Assembly (NCBI GenBank): GCA_964016885.1
Contig: OZ024756.1
Coordinates: forward strand, 41,416,001 to 41,480,000
Direction: 5' to 3'
Source: Eledone cirrhosa
Taxonomy: Eukaryota
DNA length: 64,000 bases
The notes below the pieces were generated by a model. That model did no database searches and had not been told where the DNA came from. It was given only the letters and a program-made list of their open reading frames with translations. Below, piece by piece: positions 26,452 to 40,461 of the stretch. The translations under genes and the position numbers were made by a program. Each line of letters starts with the position of its first letter. Position 1 is the stretch's first letter.

Positions 26452-27769
26452 ACCTATAAGTGTATTGTTTTTAACTTTCAATATCTATATTTTTGTTGGG
26501 AAAGATGGGGATTTCGTATATGATTATTGTATTCTCGATTAGTGTTTTCCTGACTCAGTTTTGTTTGTGATAAAAAAAAAAAAGAGACACAGTGGAATGA
26601 AGTGGATGGTTGGATCGAACCACCATAACTATGCTTCCACTAATATGTTTTGCTATGCTTCCACTAATATGTTTTGAAACAGCGAGCGAGTTTGAAAACA
26701 GAAATAGAAGCTTTCGCCGTATTTTTGACTAAAGGAATATTTTAGCCTGATACTGGGGTTTAGAACTCTCTAAGAAATGGAGAAAAAAGAGTATGTTTTT
26801 TTCCAGGTGGTGCTATTAAGTTAGACATTGTCTGGGCCAATGCTGACCGAAACCTATCAAAGTTATCAAAGATACTATCAGCCGGTCAAAACTCCTGTTG
26901 GCGGTGTCACAACATTCCCTATGACCGGGGGCGGCATTTGGTGTTAGAACGTACAGAGCCGGAACAGATACTTTCAAAACACTCCTTACGACACTTTAAC
27001 GATCCCACCAATTCACCGTACTTGTACTTTATTTATCGACCCCAAAAGGATGAAAGGTACAGTTGGTCCTCGCCGGTAGTTGAGCTCCGTGTGGAACAAA
27101 AGGCCAAGGTATATAATACGACCCTCTAACTAAAAACTCCACTAATTCAACACTCGGTTGTGATAAGCGGTATTGCAATAACTCTATATAGGAAGATGCA
27201 TTATCAATCGGTAAAAAAGTGTTGTGCAAGTTTGACCTATGTAACTGTTAGAGTGATAATGTTTACAACTTCCGTGTTTATATTCAGATTTGTAAATATC
27301 ATTTGTCAGCTGTTGTTTATTTAACAACTCGTAGTCTTGTTTGAGGCCGTTGAGAGGTTTTATAGTTTTACTTTTAATATATACTTAAAGTCACATTAAA
27401 ATTAATTGGGTGAGGTGCATGTTGGGTTACGTTTAACGAAGTTTTCATAACGTGGTCATCTATCGAAGAATCGATTTCAGTACATGACTGGTACTTAATT
27501 TATCGTCCTTGAAAGGACGAGGGGCAAAGTTCAGCTCGGCATGGTTTGAATTTAGAGCGCATCTACAATAACAACAACACAACAACACTACCACCACAAC
27601 AACAACACTACCACCACTACAACAACAACACTACCACCACAGCAACAACAACAACACCACCAGAACAACAACAACAGCTGCAAGAACAAGAAGGAAAAGA
27701 ATAACAGCAACAAATAAAAAAATAACAACAGAAACAAAACTACGGCGTATATTCTGTTCATTCTTTCTC

Positions 27770-28018
<249 letters not shown>

Positions 28019-28315
28019 CTCTCTGCATTCCTTCAAATTCCGATACAACCTTGCTGGAGTGTCAAATTATGATTGCGTAGAAATTTGGTGTTGAAAACAC
28101 GCACAGATACACACATACACTTACAAACACACACACACACACACACATTTACACATACACACACACACACATTTACACATACACACACACATACACACAC
28201 ATTTATACACACCCAGGCACATACACACATATATACATACATACACAACACTCCTATTACATACGAGTACGCATACACATATACACACAAGATCTTTTAC
28301 GAACATAAATTCGCG

Positions 28316-28395
<80 letters not shown>

Positions 28396-28399
28396 TACT

Positions 28400-28530
28400 G
28401 CGGAAGATGGAGCCACCTCATTGAAAGTTTTTATACAACAGGTGACGTCACAGAGTTCACCGACGACAAGAGTTTATTTCAGCCAATCATAGTCCAGTTT
28501 TATGACGGCCATTTTGGACACAAAAGAGGA
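28400..28530. promoter_or_regulatory. Candidate promoter/enhancer motif cluster
   Basis: CGGAAG, perfect CRE TGACGTCA (28443-28450), AGCCAATCA CCAAT box, TTTATGA and GCCATTTT (YY1-type) within ~130 bp of unique sequence between microsatellites. Confidence 0.35.
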
Positions 28531-28685
28531 AGTTTAAAAGAATTCCTTCATTTTTTTGTGTTTCTCTCTCTCTCGGTCTCTCTCTCTATCTCTCTCTCTT
28601 TCTTTCTCTCTCTCTCTTTCTCTCTCTCTCTCTGCCCACTCGCTTATTGCCCAGCTCCTCTCCCTCTTAGTAGTTAGCTAAGTGC

Positions 28686-28725
<40 letters not shown>

Positions 28726-29159
28726 TTCTTTTTTTGTTCATTTTACCGCGGAATTCGTATTTTTTGGCATGTTTACCCGTCTACATATTCTAAAAAATGT
28801 ATATATATATATATATATGTATATATAGTTACAGGCAAATAGGCGTGCGCACGTATATATATATGTGCGCACGCCTATTCGCCTGTAACTCTATCTGTGT
28901 GCATGTGTATGTACATGTGTGTATATGTGTGTGTGTGTATGTGTATGTGAGTGTGTCCGTGTCTGTCCACCTTTGTTTCTGATTGTCTCTATATATACAA
29001 TGCTTTATAATTATCCAAAAATAATTTCTAGGTCAGATATTGGGTGAAAAGATCGCTGAGTGGATGGTTAGCAATTACAATAATTGCAGGAGATGTGATC
29101 AGGGTGGCGAGAGTTAGGGACACTGGATGGAGTTATAACAGAGATAGAACACTGTAGAG

Positions 29160-29291
29160 GAGATGGGGAGGGTGGCTGGTGATGTGAAGAGATGGCGGAG
29201 GGTGGCTGTTGATGTGAAGAGATGGCGGAGGGTGGCTGTTGATGTGAAGAGATGGCGGAGGGTGGCTGGTGATGTGAAGAGATGGCGGAGG
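29160..29291. repeat. 30-bp minisatellite (about 4.4 copies)
   Basis: Repeated gagatggcggagggtggctgttgatgtgaa. Confidence 0.9.
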
Positions 29292-29607
29292 AGGATGTGT
29301 GGGGGTCATATAGAAAATACGACCACTTCGTCCCTCCTGCTTATTAGAAGATGGCAAATTTAGAAAGGTTTATTTCACGAAACCAACATCAACAACAGGT
29401 TCACTAATGTGTGTGTACCTCATTAGAGGTAAAGTCACATTGTTAGACATGTGTATAAATCGCCATCCAATTAACAGTCTCGTTAAAGTGGCAGAGAAAA
29501 TGATATGGTATTTAGTTGAAATACCTTTTATGGTTGTTTTGTTTGTTTTCTTTAGTTCAAATCCTGCCGAGGTCAACTTTGATTTTTAACCTTCCATGTT
29601 CAATCTA

Positions 29608-29800
29608 ATAATTGTTTCTACTTTTGGCACAAGGTCAGCAATGACCCCAGTACATTACTGGTACTTTATTTTATCGACCCCGTAAGGATGAAAGACAAAG
29701 TTAACCTCGGCGGGATTTGAACTCGGATGATAAAGGGCCGTAACTCTATGCTGCAAAGCATGGCGTCTGACACTCTACCGATACTGCCAATCCACGGCCC
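29608..29800 (-). mobile_element. SINE family 1, inserted into or next to an older + strand copy (29490-29600); a further + copy at 29860-30030
   Basis: Family 1 sequence on both strands. Confidence 0.8.
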
Positions 29801-30245
29801 TTGTTCAATATAATAATAACAAACATATCAAGTCTGGAGTATTGGAGGTGGTGGCAGGTGACAGAGTCCATGGAATGCCTTGCGGTAGTTGTCTCGACTC
29901 TGTCTTTTGACAAAATACCTTCTGGTGTTTAGTTCTGGCTCTTTACCTTCTGAGTTCAAATCCCGCCGGGGTCAACTTTACTCTTCATCCTGTGAAGGTC
30001 GATAAAAAAAGTACCAGTTCTGTACTGGGTTGATCTCCTCCTACCCCACCCCCATAACAGTAACCCTAACCCAGATACAATAAAGCGTTCAAAGTTCAGA
30101 AAATCAAGGGATGTCAGTAATTGAAGGGATTCATACTGATTTGTGTGTGTGAGTGTGAGTGTATATGTGTGTAAGTGTTTATATATGTGTGTATGTGTCT
30201 GTGTTAAGTTGAGTACGTTTGTCTTTGTTTGTATGTATGTGTGTG

Positions 30246-30282
<37 letters not shown>

Positions 30283-30332
30283 GTGTGTGGTGTGTATATA
30301 TTACTTTATTATAGAAATATATATATATAGAA

Positions 30333-30363
<31 letters not shown>

Positions 30364-30814
30364 CATGTGGGTGATTATATATATGTATATATTATTTTAT
30401 CATAGAAATATGTGTGTGTATGTGTGTGTCTATATATGTATGTGTATATGAGTGTTTACATGTTGCCCCCCCCCCCCCCAGTATCATCCCTTCAGTCACA
30501 TCCGGTAAAATGGAATGTAGCTCGCTTTAATTACATCAAAGCTTTTTTTTATTGAACTAAAGCACGCATCTTTCCCCCACCCGACCCTCCAGCTCCGACC
30601 ACTCTACAACAACAACAACTATAACAACAACAACTACAACAACTATAACAACAACAACTATAACAACAACAACTACAACAACATCTACGACAACAACAAC
30701 TATAACAACTACGACAACAACTATAACAACAACAACTACGACATCACTCCAACAACATCTCCTACGACAACAACAACAATATCTCCTCCTTTAACAACAA
30801 CAACAACAACAACA

Positions 30815-31480
30815 GGTCTGAGAGACTTGACCCCATCGGAAGACTCGTAATTTGTTTGTAGCCGGAGGAGCCCTCAAACTGTAAAAAGATGTTGACCATC
30901 AAATACTTGGGGGAACAGTTGGAGTGTTCAGCCCTCACCACCTGCCTCTTCCTTCTTCTCCACCTGCCTCTTCCTTCTTCTCCACCTGCCTCTTCCTTCT
31001 TCTCCAGGTACCTGGATGATATCCTGAGGCTTACTTCACCACCTGAAGAAGTCGTACAAGTAAGTTCTGAGGTTGTGCACTCAGAGAACACTAGACCCCC
31101 CCCCCCCCTCACCCCCTCACCCCCTCACCCCTCTCTCCCCTCTCCCCCTCTGCCTCTCTCTCTCCCTCTACTTAACTTTACACTAACAGTCACAGTAGAG
31201 GGCTGTATATATACAGCAAATTCTTTAAGAAGGATACCTACAGAGATATTTTTATACACCATGATTCAGCCCTTCTCTACAAAGCTAAAACGGCCCCAGG
31301 TAGCGACAGACATACAACATGGTGGAATTCCAGAGAGTTCTCACGGAGAATGGCTACTCTACTGCTCCCATCAAATAGAGAGAATTACCAAGGCAGTCAA
31401 ACTTAAAGAAACGAGGAGGACATTCGCCCCTTGTGTCTCTTGTAGGCATTATTGAACCAGCTTTCTGGAACTTATCAGGA
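30815..31480. mobile_element. Decayed, internally inverted Penelope-like element reverse transcriptase relic
   Basis: Minus 30815-30925: NIFLQFEGSSGYKQITSLPMGSSLSDLL (PLE-type YxQxxGLPMGSxLS). Plus ~30998-31090: FFSRYLDDIL (YxDD). Plus ~31326-31362: EFQRVLTENGYS (PLE LxxNGYP-like motif). Confidence 0.65.
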
Positions 31481-31709
31481 AGAAGGAATATGAAAAAGAA
31501 AAAAAAAGGACTAATAAGGAAAGAGGGCCGGAACCTGTATATTGCAGTAATTGAAGTTGTGTAATACTTATTATGGTTGTAGTGGTGGTGATGGTGGTGG
31601 TGGTGGGGACGGTGGTAGTAATGGTTGTAGTGGTAGTGGTGGGATGGTGGTAGTAATGGTGGTGGGGACGGTGGTGGTAGTGGTTGTAGTAGTGATGGTT
31701 GTGGCGGTA

Positions 31710-32200
31710 GTGTGTGTATGTGTCTATGTATGTATGTGTATATGTCTATGTATGTGACTGTATGTGTCTATGTATGTATGTGTCTATGTCTATGTATGTG
31801 ACTGTATGTGTCTATGTATGTATGTGTATATGTATGTGTATGTCTCTATGTATGTGACTGTATGTGTCTATGTATGTATGTGTCTATGTATGTGTGTGTC
31901 TCTATGTATGTGACTGTATGTGTCTATGTATGTATGTCTCTATGTATGTGACTGTATGTGTCTATGTATGTATGTGTCTATGTATGTGTATGTCTCTATG
32001 TATGTGACTGTATATGTCTATGTATGTATGTGTCTATGTATGTGTATGTCTCTATGTATGTGACTGTATGTGTCTATGTATGTATGTGTCTATGTGTGTG
32101 TGTGTCTCTATGTATGTATATGTCTATGTATGTGACTGTATGTGTCTATGTATGTATGTGTCTCTATGTATGTATGTGTCTATGTATGTGGCTGTACGTG
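31710..32200. repeat. TG/TATG-derived minisatellite (tatgtatgtgactgtatgtgtc units)
   Basis: Direct inspection. Confidence 0.9.
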
Positions 32201-32496
32201 TGTAGTCGCCTCACTCCTGCCAAAGCCCAACAGGACTATATTAAGTACAACTAAAAATTGCTATCTTTGCCGCTAAAAGGGACGACTCTATAATTTGACG
32301 AGTGAAGATGTACGTGTGTGTGTGTACGTGTGTGTACGTGTGTGTGTGTGTGCGTGTGTGTGTGTGTACGTGTGTGTGTGTGTACGTGTGTGTGTGTGTG
32401 TGTGTACGTGTGTGTGTGTGTACGTGTGTGTGTGTGTGTACATATATATATACATGTGTGTGTGTGCATATATATATATATATGTGTTTGTATGTA

Positions 32497-32582
<86 letters not shown>

Positions 32583-32732
32583 TACACGTATATATTAATA
32601 TATATTTATATATATGTGTGCGTGTACACTCACATACACGTACACGAATATATATATATATGTATATATATATATAAGCACACATTTTATGTGTATGAAA
32701 TCACCTCCTTTCCTCCATGACCATACAGAATA

Positions 32733-32779
<47 letters not shown>

Positions 32780-33049
32780 TATCTCTCTACACCCACCCGC
32801 CACTACTCCCCCCCCCCCAGTCACACCACCACCCCAAACACCCTCCCTCCCTCCCTCTCAGTCACAATATCATCTTTCTACAAGTTTGCCGTAAGTTGGT
32901 GCATATTTGGGCTTCTTGTTGTCTCAGACGCCCAAAACACTCAACACTTTATACAGAGTACTTACTGACTTGAACTTGGACTTGGCCTATACCCTGCAGT
33001 GTGTGTATATGTCTGTATGTGTGTGTCATTGTGTGTGTATGTATGTATG

Positions 33050-33085
<36 letters not shown>

Positions 33086-33099
33086 TACACACATCACAT

Positions 33100-33154
<55 letters not shown>

Positions 33155-33278
33155 ATATATATACATAAATATATATATATATGTATACATACGTAAATAT
33201 ATATTTCTCTCTATATATATAGAGAGATATAGATAGGTATTTACACCTGAAATATGCATTGCTCTCTCTCTCTCTCTC

Positions 33279-33328
<50 letters not shown>

Positions 33329-34551
33329 GACAGAAAGAGAGAGAGAGGGGACACACACCGACATATGTGGATAATGTAGTCCAAGGTACACTATGTCATT
33401 CTGAAGTACACGTCGCCTTAAGTATAGCAGTAGATAGAGTTTGTGTGACTGGCACATTGAATGGTGTAGTCCTAGGTACACTGTCTTACAGCGGTATTAG
33501 ATATCATAAATACTGCTAGTATCTTCTCCAAGACAGTTCGTCTGACACTTGGTCCCCAATTTTCCATACGTTCTCATCAGTGGTCATTTGAACAGCTGAC
33601 CGTGTGTCACACCCGGGGGTCAACGGTATTGGAAGGCCGGCTAAACCAAGTAGAGTGTGGCCGATAACCCAGGGTAAATAGTGGAGCAGAGAAATATACG
33701 GGGGGGGGGGGTATATAAGCCATCGGATCGCAACCCAACATAGGACCAGCCTTGTTACACCGTCTGATACATTCTGTGTCACACGATCTGTCACGCTCCA
33801 TGTCACACTGTGCCACATCACTCTGTCACATATGACTAGCATTTTATTTTATCGTAGGCGTGGCAGTGGAGTTATTAACAAAGTCGGAGTCGAAAGCGGG
33901 GGATGTCCTTTTCGATACCTTATCTGGCTCTGGTTTATAAACCTCACCTCTTCCGGCCAAGAGGTGTTTATCCGGCGGTTGATATGATTAATGGGAAAGA
34001 CCATTGGAAACATCGCTTCCTTGATTCGATCTGATGATCGGTTCCTTTTATTCCTTGATTGATTTATCGATCCCAGAACCCTGAAGTATAAAACAATGTT
34101 AACCTTGGCAGGATTTGAACTCAGAAGACAAAGAAATATCACAAAGTAATTTTGTCAAGCCCTTGCCCTTGGCATTAAGAAACCCCTATTATCTTTCAAA
34201 ATATGTGACGTTGTGTCTTGTTAATCGATTAAACCAGTGGAAATATATTAACCTAGTTCCCTGTGACCCCACTAATAGATTTGAGTAAAATATGAACGCT
34301 AGAATCTCACATCTTATCTTTGTAGATTTTAGTCTGAAAACTTACGGAAGACAATCTGAAACATGTAGTTTGTGTACATACAGACACTCTCACACACACA
34401 CACACACACACAGACACATACCCACACACACAGACACACACATACGCTCATACACAACCACACACACAGACAGAGCTAAAAAAAAACGGGTTTTAAGGCA
34501 TAAAAACAACAAAACGCCTGACTAATGAAACTTCGAAGTCACTGTGTGTAT

Positions 34552-34659
<108 letters not shown>

Positions 34660-34773
34660 ATATATAAATATATACAAAAATGTCCCCCCAAAAATGTATA
34701 CACACTTTGATTACCTGTATAGGCAATATTTATTAGAATGTTGTAGAAGTGGGTACACATGTTTTGTAACACC

Positions 34774-34822
<49 letters not shown>

Positions 34823-35574
34823 TATATATATAATATATATATGAGTGATAGGACCTCACAGATGGGTATAACCACACGCACACACACACACACACACACA
34901 CATCCCTTATTTATTATTTTGTATTTTGAATCCTCCTTCTTTTCTATTCACGGCGCCTACAGTTGTCCCAAACGAGCAATATAATTAATCCTCTATGTGA
35001 TGTCTTGATGGCGGATAACTTATATTGATAATCATAATCTTAACACTAATTACATAAGTCGTTATTAGAGTTATATTTGGCAGCGATGTGTGGTAACAGA
35101 GCTACCTTACTTTTTAACTCTGTCTATCAACACCTTCTCTTCCTCTAGGGATTTCTAGACTAAATAAAATAAAGCTAACAGACATCCTTTCAATTGTTTT
35201 GTTGTTGTTGTTGTTGTTTTTATTGTTGATGTTACTGTTGTTGTTATTGTTGATGTTGTTACTGTTGTTGTTGAGGTTGTTGAGGTTGTTACTGTTGTAG
35301 TTGTTATTGTTGATGTTGTTACTGTTGTTGAGTGTGTTACTGTTGTAGTTATTGTTGTAGTTGTTACTGTTGTTGTTGAGGTGGTTGCTGTTGTTGTTGC
35401 TACTGTTGTTGTTGAGGTTGTTACTGTTGTTGTTGTTACTGTTGTAGTTGTTACTGTTGTTGTTGAGGTGGTTGTGGTTGTTACTGTTGTTGCTATGTTT
35501 GACTGTTGTTGTTCTTCTTGTTCTTACTGTTTTCCTATTTTCCAGTTTCCATAGATGAATGCAAATACTCTAAC

Positions 35575-35935
35575 ACACCACCACTGCCACCCCTTTTAAC
35601 ACCACCACCACCACTGCAACATCCACCACCACCACCACCACCACTGCAACATCCACCACCACCACCACCACCACTGCAACATCCACCACCACCACCACTG
35701 CAACATCCACCACCACCACCACCACCACTGCAACATCCACCACCACCACCACCACCACTGCAACATCCACCACCACCACCACCACCACCACCACCACTGC
35801 AACATCCACCACCACCACCACTGCAACATCCACCACCACCACCACTGCAACATCCACCACCACCACCACTGCAACATCCACCACCACCACCACTGCAACA
35901 TCCACCACCACCACCATCACCAGCACCAGCACCAC
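35575..35935. repeat. (CCA)n-CTGCAACAT compound minisatellite
   Basis: Direct inspection. Confidence 0.9.
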
Positions 35936-36148
35936 AGTGCCAAATACTTTTCTACCTCACTAAGTAGGGGTTTGCGGTATTTTACCCTTGGGAAGAATTC
36001 CACGACTTAGCAAGTTAGTTATAGAGGATAACAACTGTGTTTATTGTAGCCACGTGGGCAGTTATTTAACCACGTGGGGGGAAAGGAGGGAGGGAATACA
36101 TACATACACATATATACATATATAGATGTGTGTGTGTGTGTGCATGTG

Positions 36149-36292
<144 letters not shown>

Positions 36293-36699
36293 CACACTAT
36301 TTACAGTGATATTAGATATAAGTAACAAGTTGAGATAGAAAAGGAAAACAAATTGTTCTGACGAAATCCGCAGCCGATATCTCTATCTTATCGTCTGCCT
36401 GCTGACCTTCTCCATTCTCTCTCTTATTAAATATTTAAATCACTTATTGTACATCTCTTTTACTTCCAATCTCTACAAGATAAGTAGCCAGTTATTTAGC
36501 ATCGCAGAATAGGTTAAACCCCGTATAGAAATATAATATAAATATTAAATATTATGTATTATATATTATCTACACTAATGTCTAGCACAACAGGGTGTCT
36601 CACCATGATTCAATATTTCTTTTATTTACAATGAGAAATACACCCCAGGAATCATACATAATGTGTGAACTAGCTGCCAAGATTTTCAGCGTAAACAAC

Positions 36700-36918
36700 G
36701 GGAGGGTGATGGGTTGGAAGAATCGGTAGAGTGTCGGATAAAATGTCATTGCGGTATTTATTTGTTTTGGCTTTTTACCTATTCTGAGTTCAAATCCCGC
36801 CAAGATCAACTTTCCCCTTTCACTCTTTCGGGGAGAGAAAAAGAAACCCACACGCATATTTATTGTTTCGGAAATCATCTCCTCTCTAGGTCCGAACAGG
36901 GAGGATTTCTTCCAGTGA

Positions 36919-36949
<31 letters not shown>

Positions 36950-37150
36950 TATGATAGAAAGTAAATAAGAAAGAGATATAGGGGAAGATCGAATCCCAGT
37001 TTTGCACTGGTACTTTTTTTTTATTGACTTCGAAAGGATGAAAGGCAAAGTTGACCTCGGCGGGATTTGAACTCAGACCGTAGAGATAAGTAACGGATAC
37101 TACAAAGCATTCTATCTGAAGTTCCAACGATTCTACAAATTCCTCCCACG
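36700..37150. mobile_element. Two SINE family 1 copies in opposite orientation (+ 36700-36830; - 36995-37150)
   Basis: Family 1 head, B box and central domain on each strand. Confidence 0.75.
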
Positions 37151-37363
37151 CCTGGTTCAACAGACAATTTATTACAACTAAATAAAGAGAAGACAGCAGA
37201 CAAGAGACGACCTGAGGTGAAGGAAGTCGTGACAGAAAAATGTGTAAAAATATGACAAATTAATGTTGTGTTAATACTCCTAACATTTGGGTCCCAAGGA
37301 ATATATAGATATTTGTTTTCGCTCTTAACATGGTGGATGTCTACATGTATTCGTGTATGTATA

Positions 37364-37425
<62 letters not shown>

Positions 37426-37619
37426 TTACACACTCTCACACAGAGATATATATGAAAATAATCAGAATTAAAATAATCATTTAATCAGAGCTATATAATT
37501 TTAAATATATATATATATATGTATGTTATGTGTATGTGTTTATTTATGTATCTATGTGTATGCATGTGTATGTGTGAAGAGAGAAAAAAAAGGGAGAAAA
37601 AAGAAAGAAGGGAAGCAAT

Positions 37620-37688
37620 CAACTAGTTAGAACTAGTTAACTAGTTAGAACTAGTTAACTAGTTAGAACTAGTTAACTAGTTAGAACT
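37620..37688. repeat. 18-bp tandem repeat built from the palindrome AACTAGTT
   Basis: (aactagttagaactagtt)n. Confidence 0.85.
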
Positions 37689-37850
37689 TCGTCATTAGGT
37701 TTTGCAAGTGTCAAAACATTTTTACACACTTCCGGTATAATACAGGGCTTGTGTCGGTTTTAGAAATAATTATTGCTACAGCCACTGCATTTCGAATGCA
37801 TAAATAATCGTTTGATGGTCTATAAATGTATATACGCACATTACAATGTG

Positions 37851-37927
<77 letters not shown>

Positions 37928-37939
37928 GTATAAAAAGGA

Positions 37940-38063
37940 ACGATCGACTTTCGTCAAATCGGACCGAGGAAACAATGTTTCCATTGGTCTTTCCAATTGC
38001 TAATACTATCTATCGGTCGCAACTCCAGGTAGCAACGTGAAATAAAGTGTCTTGCTCAAGGAC
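37940..38063 (-). mobile_element. SINE family 2, 3' part
   Basis: Reverse complement of 14230-14360. Confidence 0.8.
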
Positions 38064-38173
38064 TAGGTATATATATGTATATATGAATATATGTATTTAT
38101 ATGTACATATATGTGTGTATATATATATGTGTGTGTGTGTATATATATATATGTGTGTGTGTGTATATATATA

Positions 38174-38205
<32 letters not shown>

Positions 38206-38949
38206 CATACAGGGGCGGGGGAACTGGAGGGAGGGGCATGGCCAATATATTTTCTCCCCAAACTAGCAAAACACATCTATTTAGATATGTGCTACAATTT
38301 ATGTGCATGTTATGTTGAAATAATATCAAACCAACAGAACGTATAAGACAGTGTGTGTGTATATGTGTATATTTGTGTGTGTATGTGTTGGGGGGGGGGG
38401 GGCGTTAGTAATACAAAGGACCCTTTGTTAGTTGGTTATGTCACCAGTTCTCTATCCCGTCTCCATCTCAAAATCAGGCAGCAGACGTATAAGTAAAACA
38501 AGGATCTCAAAATAACCCCACCCGTCTCCCCCTCAGTTTCCAAATACCCTTAAAATAACATTCCAGCTTCATGTTTAGTTTGACGAGTACGATGGGCGGG
38601 AACAATACGGGGCAGAATCGCCAGATAACGTTTCCTAATAATACGCTTCACTTATTAGCAAAGATTTAGTAAGTTAATCTCTGGACCAACTATAATGGTA
38701 TTACATATATATATGTATATATATGTATATATACACATATACATACGTTCATATATATATACACACATACTTACATAACCCACCCCATACACACACATAT
38801 ATACTGTATATATATATATAGACACTCACCGAGTCACACATATTATATAAGACCTCTCTTTATCCAAATGTTATCCATTCATTCTGGTTTAAATTATGGC
38901 TGTTTTAGATCGTTGTTAGTGTTCACACATGGTGAACATTTTCATCTCC

Positions 38950-39005
<56 letters not shown>

Positions 39006-39104
39006 CTCTATCTATCTCTCTATCTATCTCTCTATCTATCTATCTATCTATCTATCTGTATCTATCTATCTATCTATCTACCTCTCTATCTATCTATCTA
39101 TCTG

Positions 39105-39151
<47 letters not shown>

Positions 39152-39295
39152 AAACGATGCCACGCAAAATAGGAAAGTTTGGAAGAAACCAAGTCATGCT
39201 GGTTCGCAATCTGCCGCTGGCGGTGACACATAATAGTGATGATGATGATATATACATGTGTGCGTGTGTGTGTGTGTGTGTGTGCTTATATATAA

Positions 39296-39329
<34 letters not shown>

Positions 39330-39450
39330 CTTTATATATATATTTATATACATGTAGCTGTTGAAAACGACAAGAATTCAGCCGCCGGGTCCCAACTCTT
39401 TATAATATAACCATGCTCTACTACCCCAAGAATCGAGTACTTGGAGTAGT

Positions 39451-39539
<89 letters not shown>

Positions 39540-39741
39540 TTAATATATTCATCTATACGTAAGGCCATATTCGCAAGCGTGTGTCGTGGAATTCCGTCCG
39601 CCAACTTCTAAATTAATCTCGGTTATCAAATGATGTTAATAGTTCTCCTAACAAAAATACTCCTCCTAGGATATCGGAATATATATATATATATATTTTA
39701 TTACTTCTTGACATACATAAACTGCTGAAACTTTCACACGT

Positions 39742-39772
<31 letters not shown>

Positions 39773-40202
39773 ATAAAGAAACACACAGATACATGCGGAC
39801 ACATACATATACATGAATATATTCACACATATCCTGAATTTGTGGTGCCAACCTCAACGTTGTTGCTCTATGATAACTGGGACTATATATATACACTCTT
39901 ACACGTATATATACACACCCACTTATACATACATATATATACATACAACCACATACATATATAGACTGACACAGAATCTAAGTAACATATATTACACAAC
40001 TTGAAAGCCATAAATATGTCCATATCGTCATATAGAGATGTACAATTCCTGCATACAATGACACACAGACACACACTCATATATATCTATTTATAAATTA
40101 GGTGTATATATATATATGTGTGTGTGTGTGTATATATGTGTGTGTATTTTTTCCTTTTTTATTTTCATCTATTCCCCTTTTCATTTTCTATCCCTCATTT
40201 AA

Positions 40203-40240
40203 ACTTCCGATGAAGGACTAACGCCCGAAATGTTGAGATA
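40203..40240 (+). ncRNA. Diverged copy of the 16782 minimal hammerhead
   Basis: ctt-CCGATGA-aggactaacgccc-GAAA-tgttgaga. Confidence 0.5.
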
Positions 40241-40367
40241 CTTTCCCTTCTTTAACAAGCCTGAAACGAATATATATCATTGTTTTGCACATTGTTCTTC
40301 TGTTTGTATTTCCTCGGAGTTTTCGTGTGTGTATATATATATATATTATTGAGGCTAAATAGTGAGT

Positions 40368-40418
40368 CTTGTTACTCTGGAGTTTCGCCTGTTCATCACA
40401 GGGTCATCAGGGAACAAC
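40368..40418 (-). ncRNA. Hammerhead ribozyme core
   Basis: Minus strand: CTGATGA-c-CCTGT(gatga)ACAGG-c-GAA-ACTC(ca)GAGT-A; stem I is imperfect. Confidence 0.6.
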
Positions 40419-40420
40419 AC

Positions 40421-40461
<41 letters not shown>

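Noticed and set aside
30058-30072. Telomeric TAACCC repeat
   Set aside because: Only two units; not significant.
33560-33585. CTGATGA..GAAA on minus as a hammerhead
   Set aside because: No stem II, stem III or stem I pairing; likely chance.
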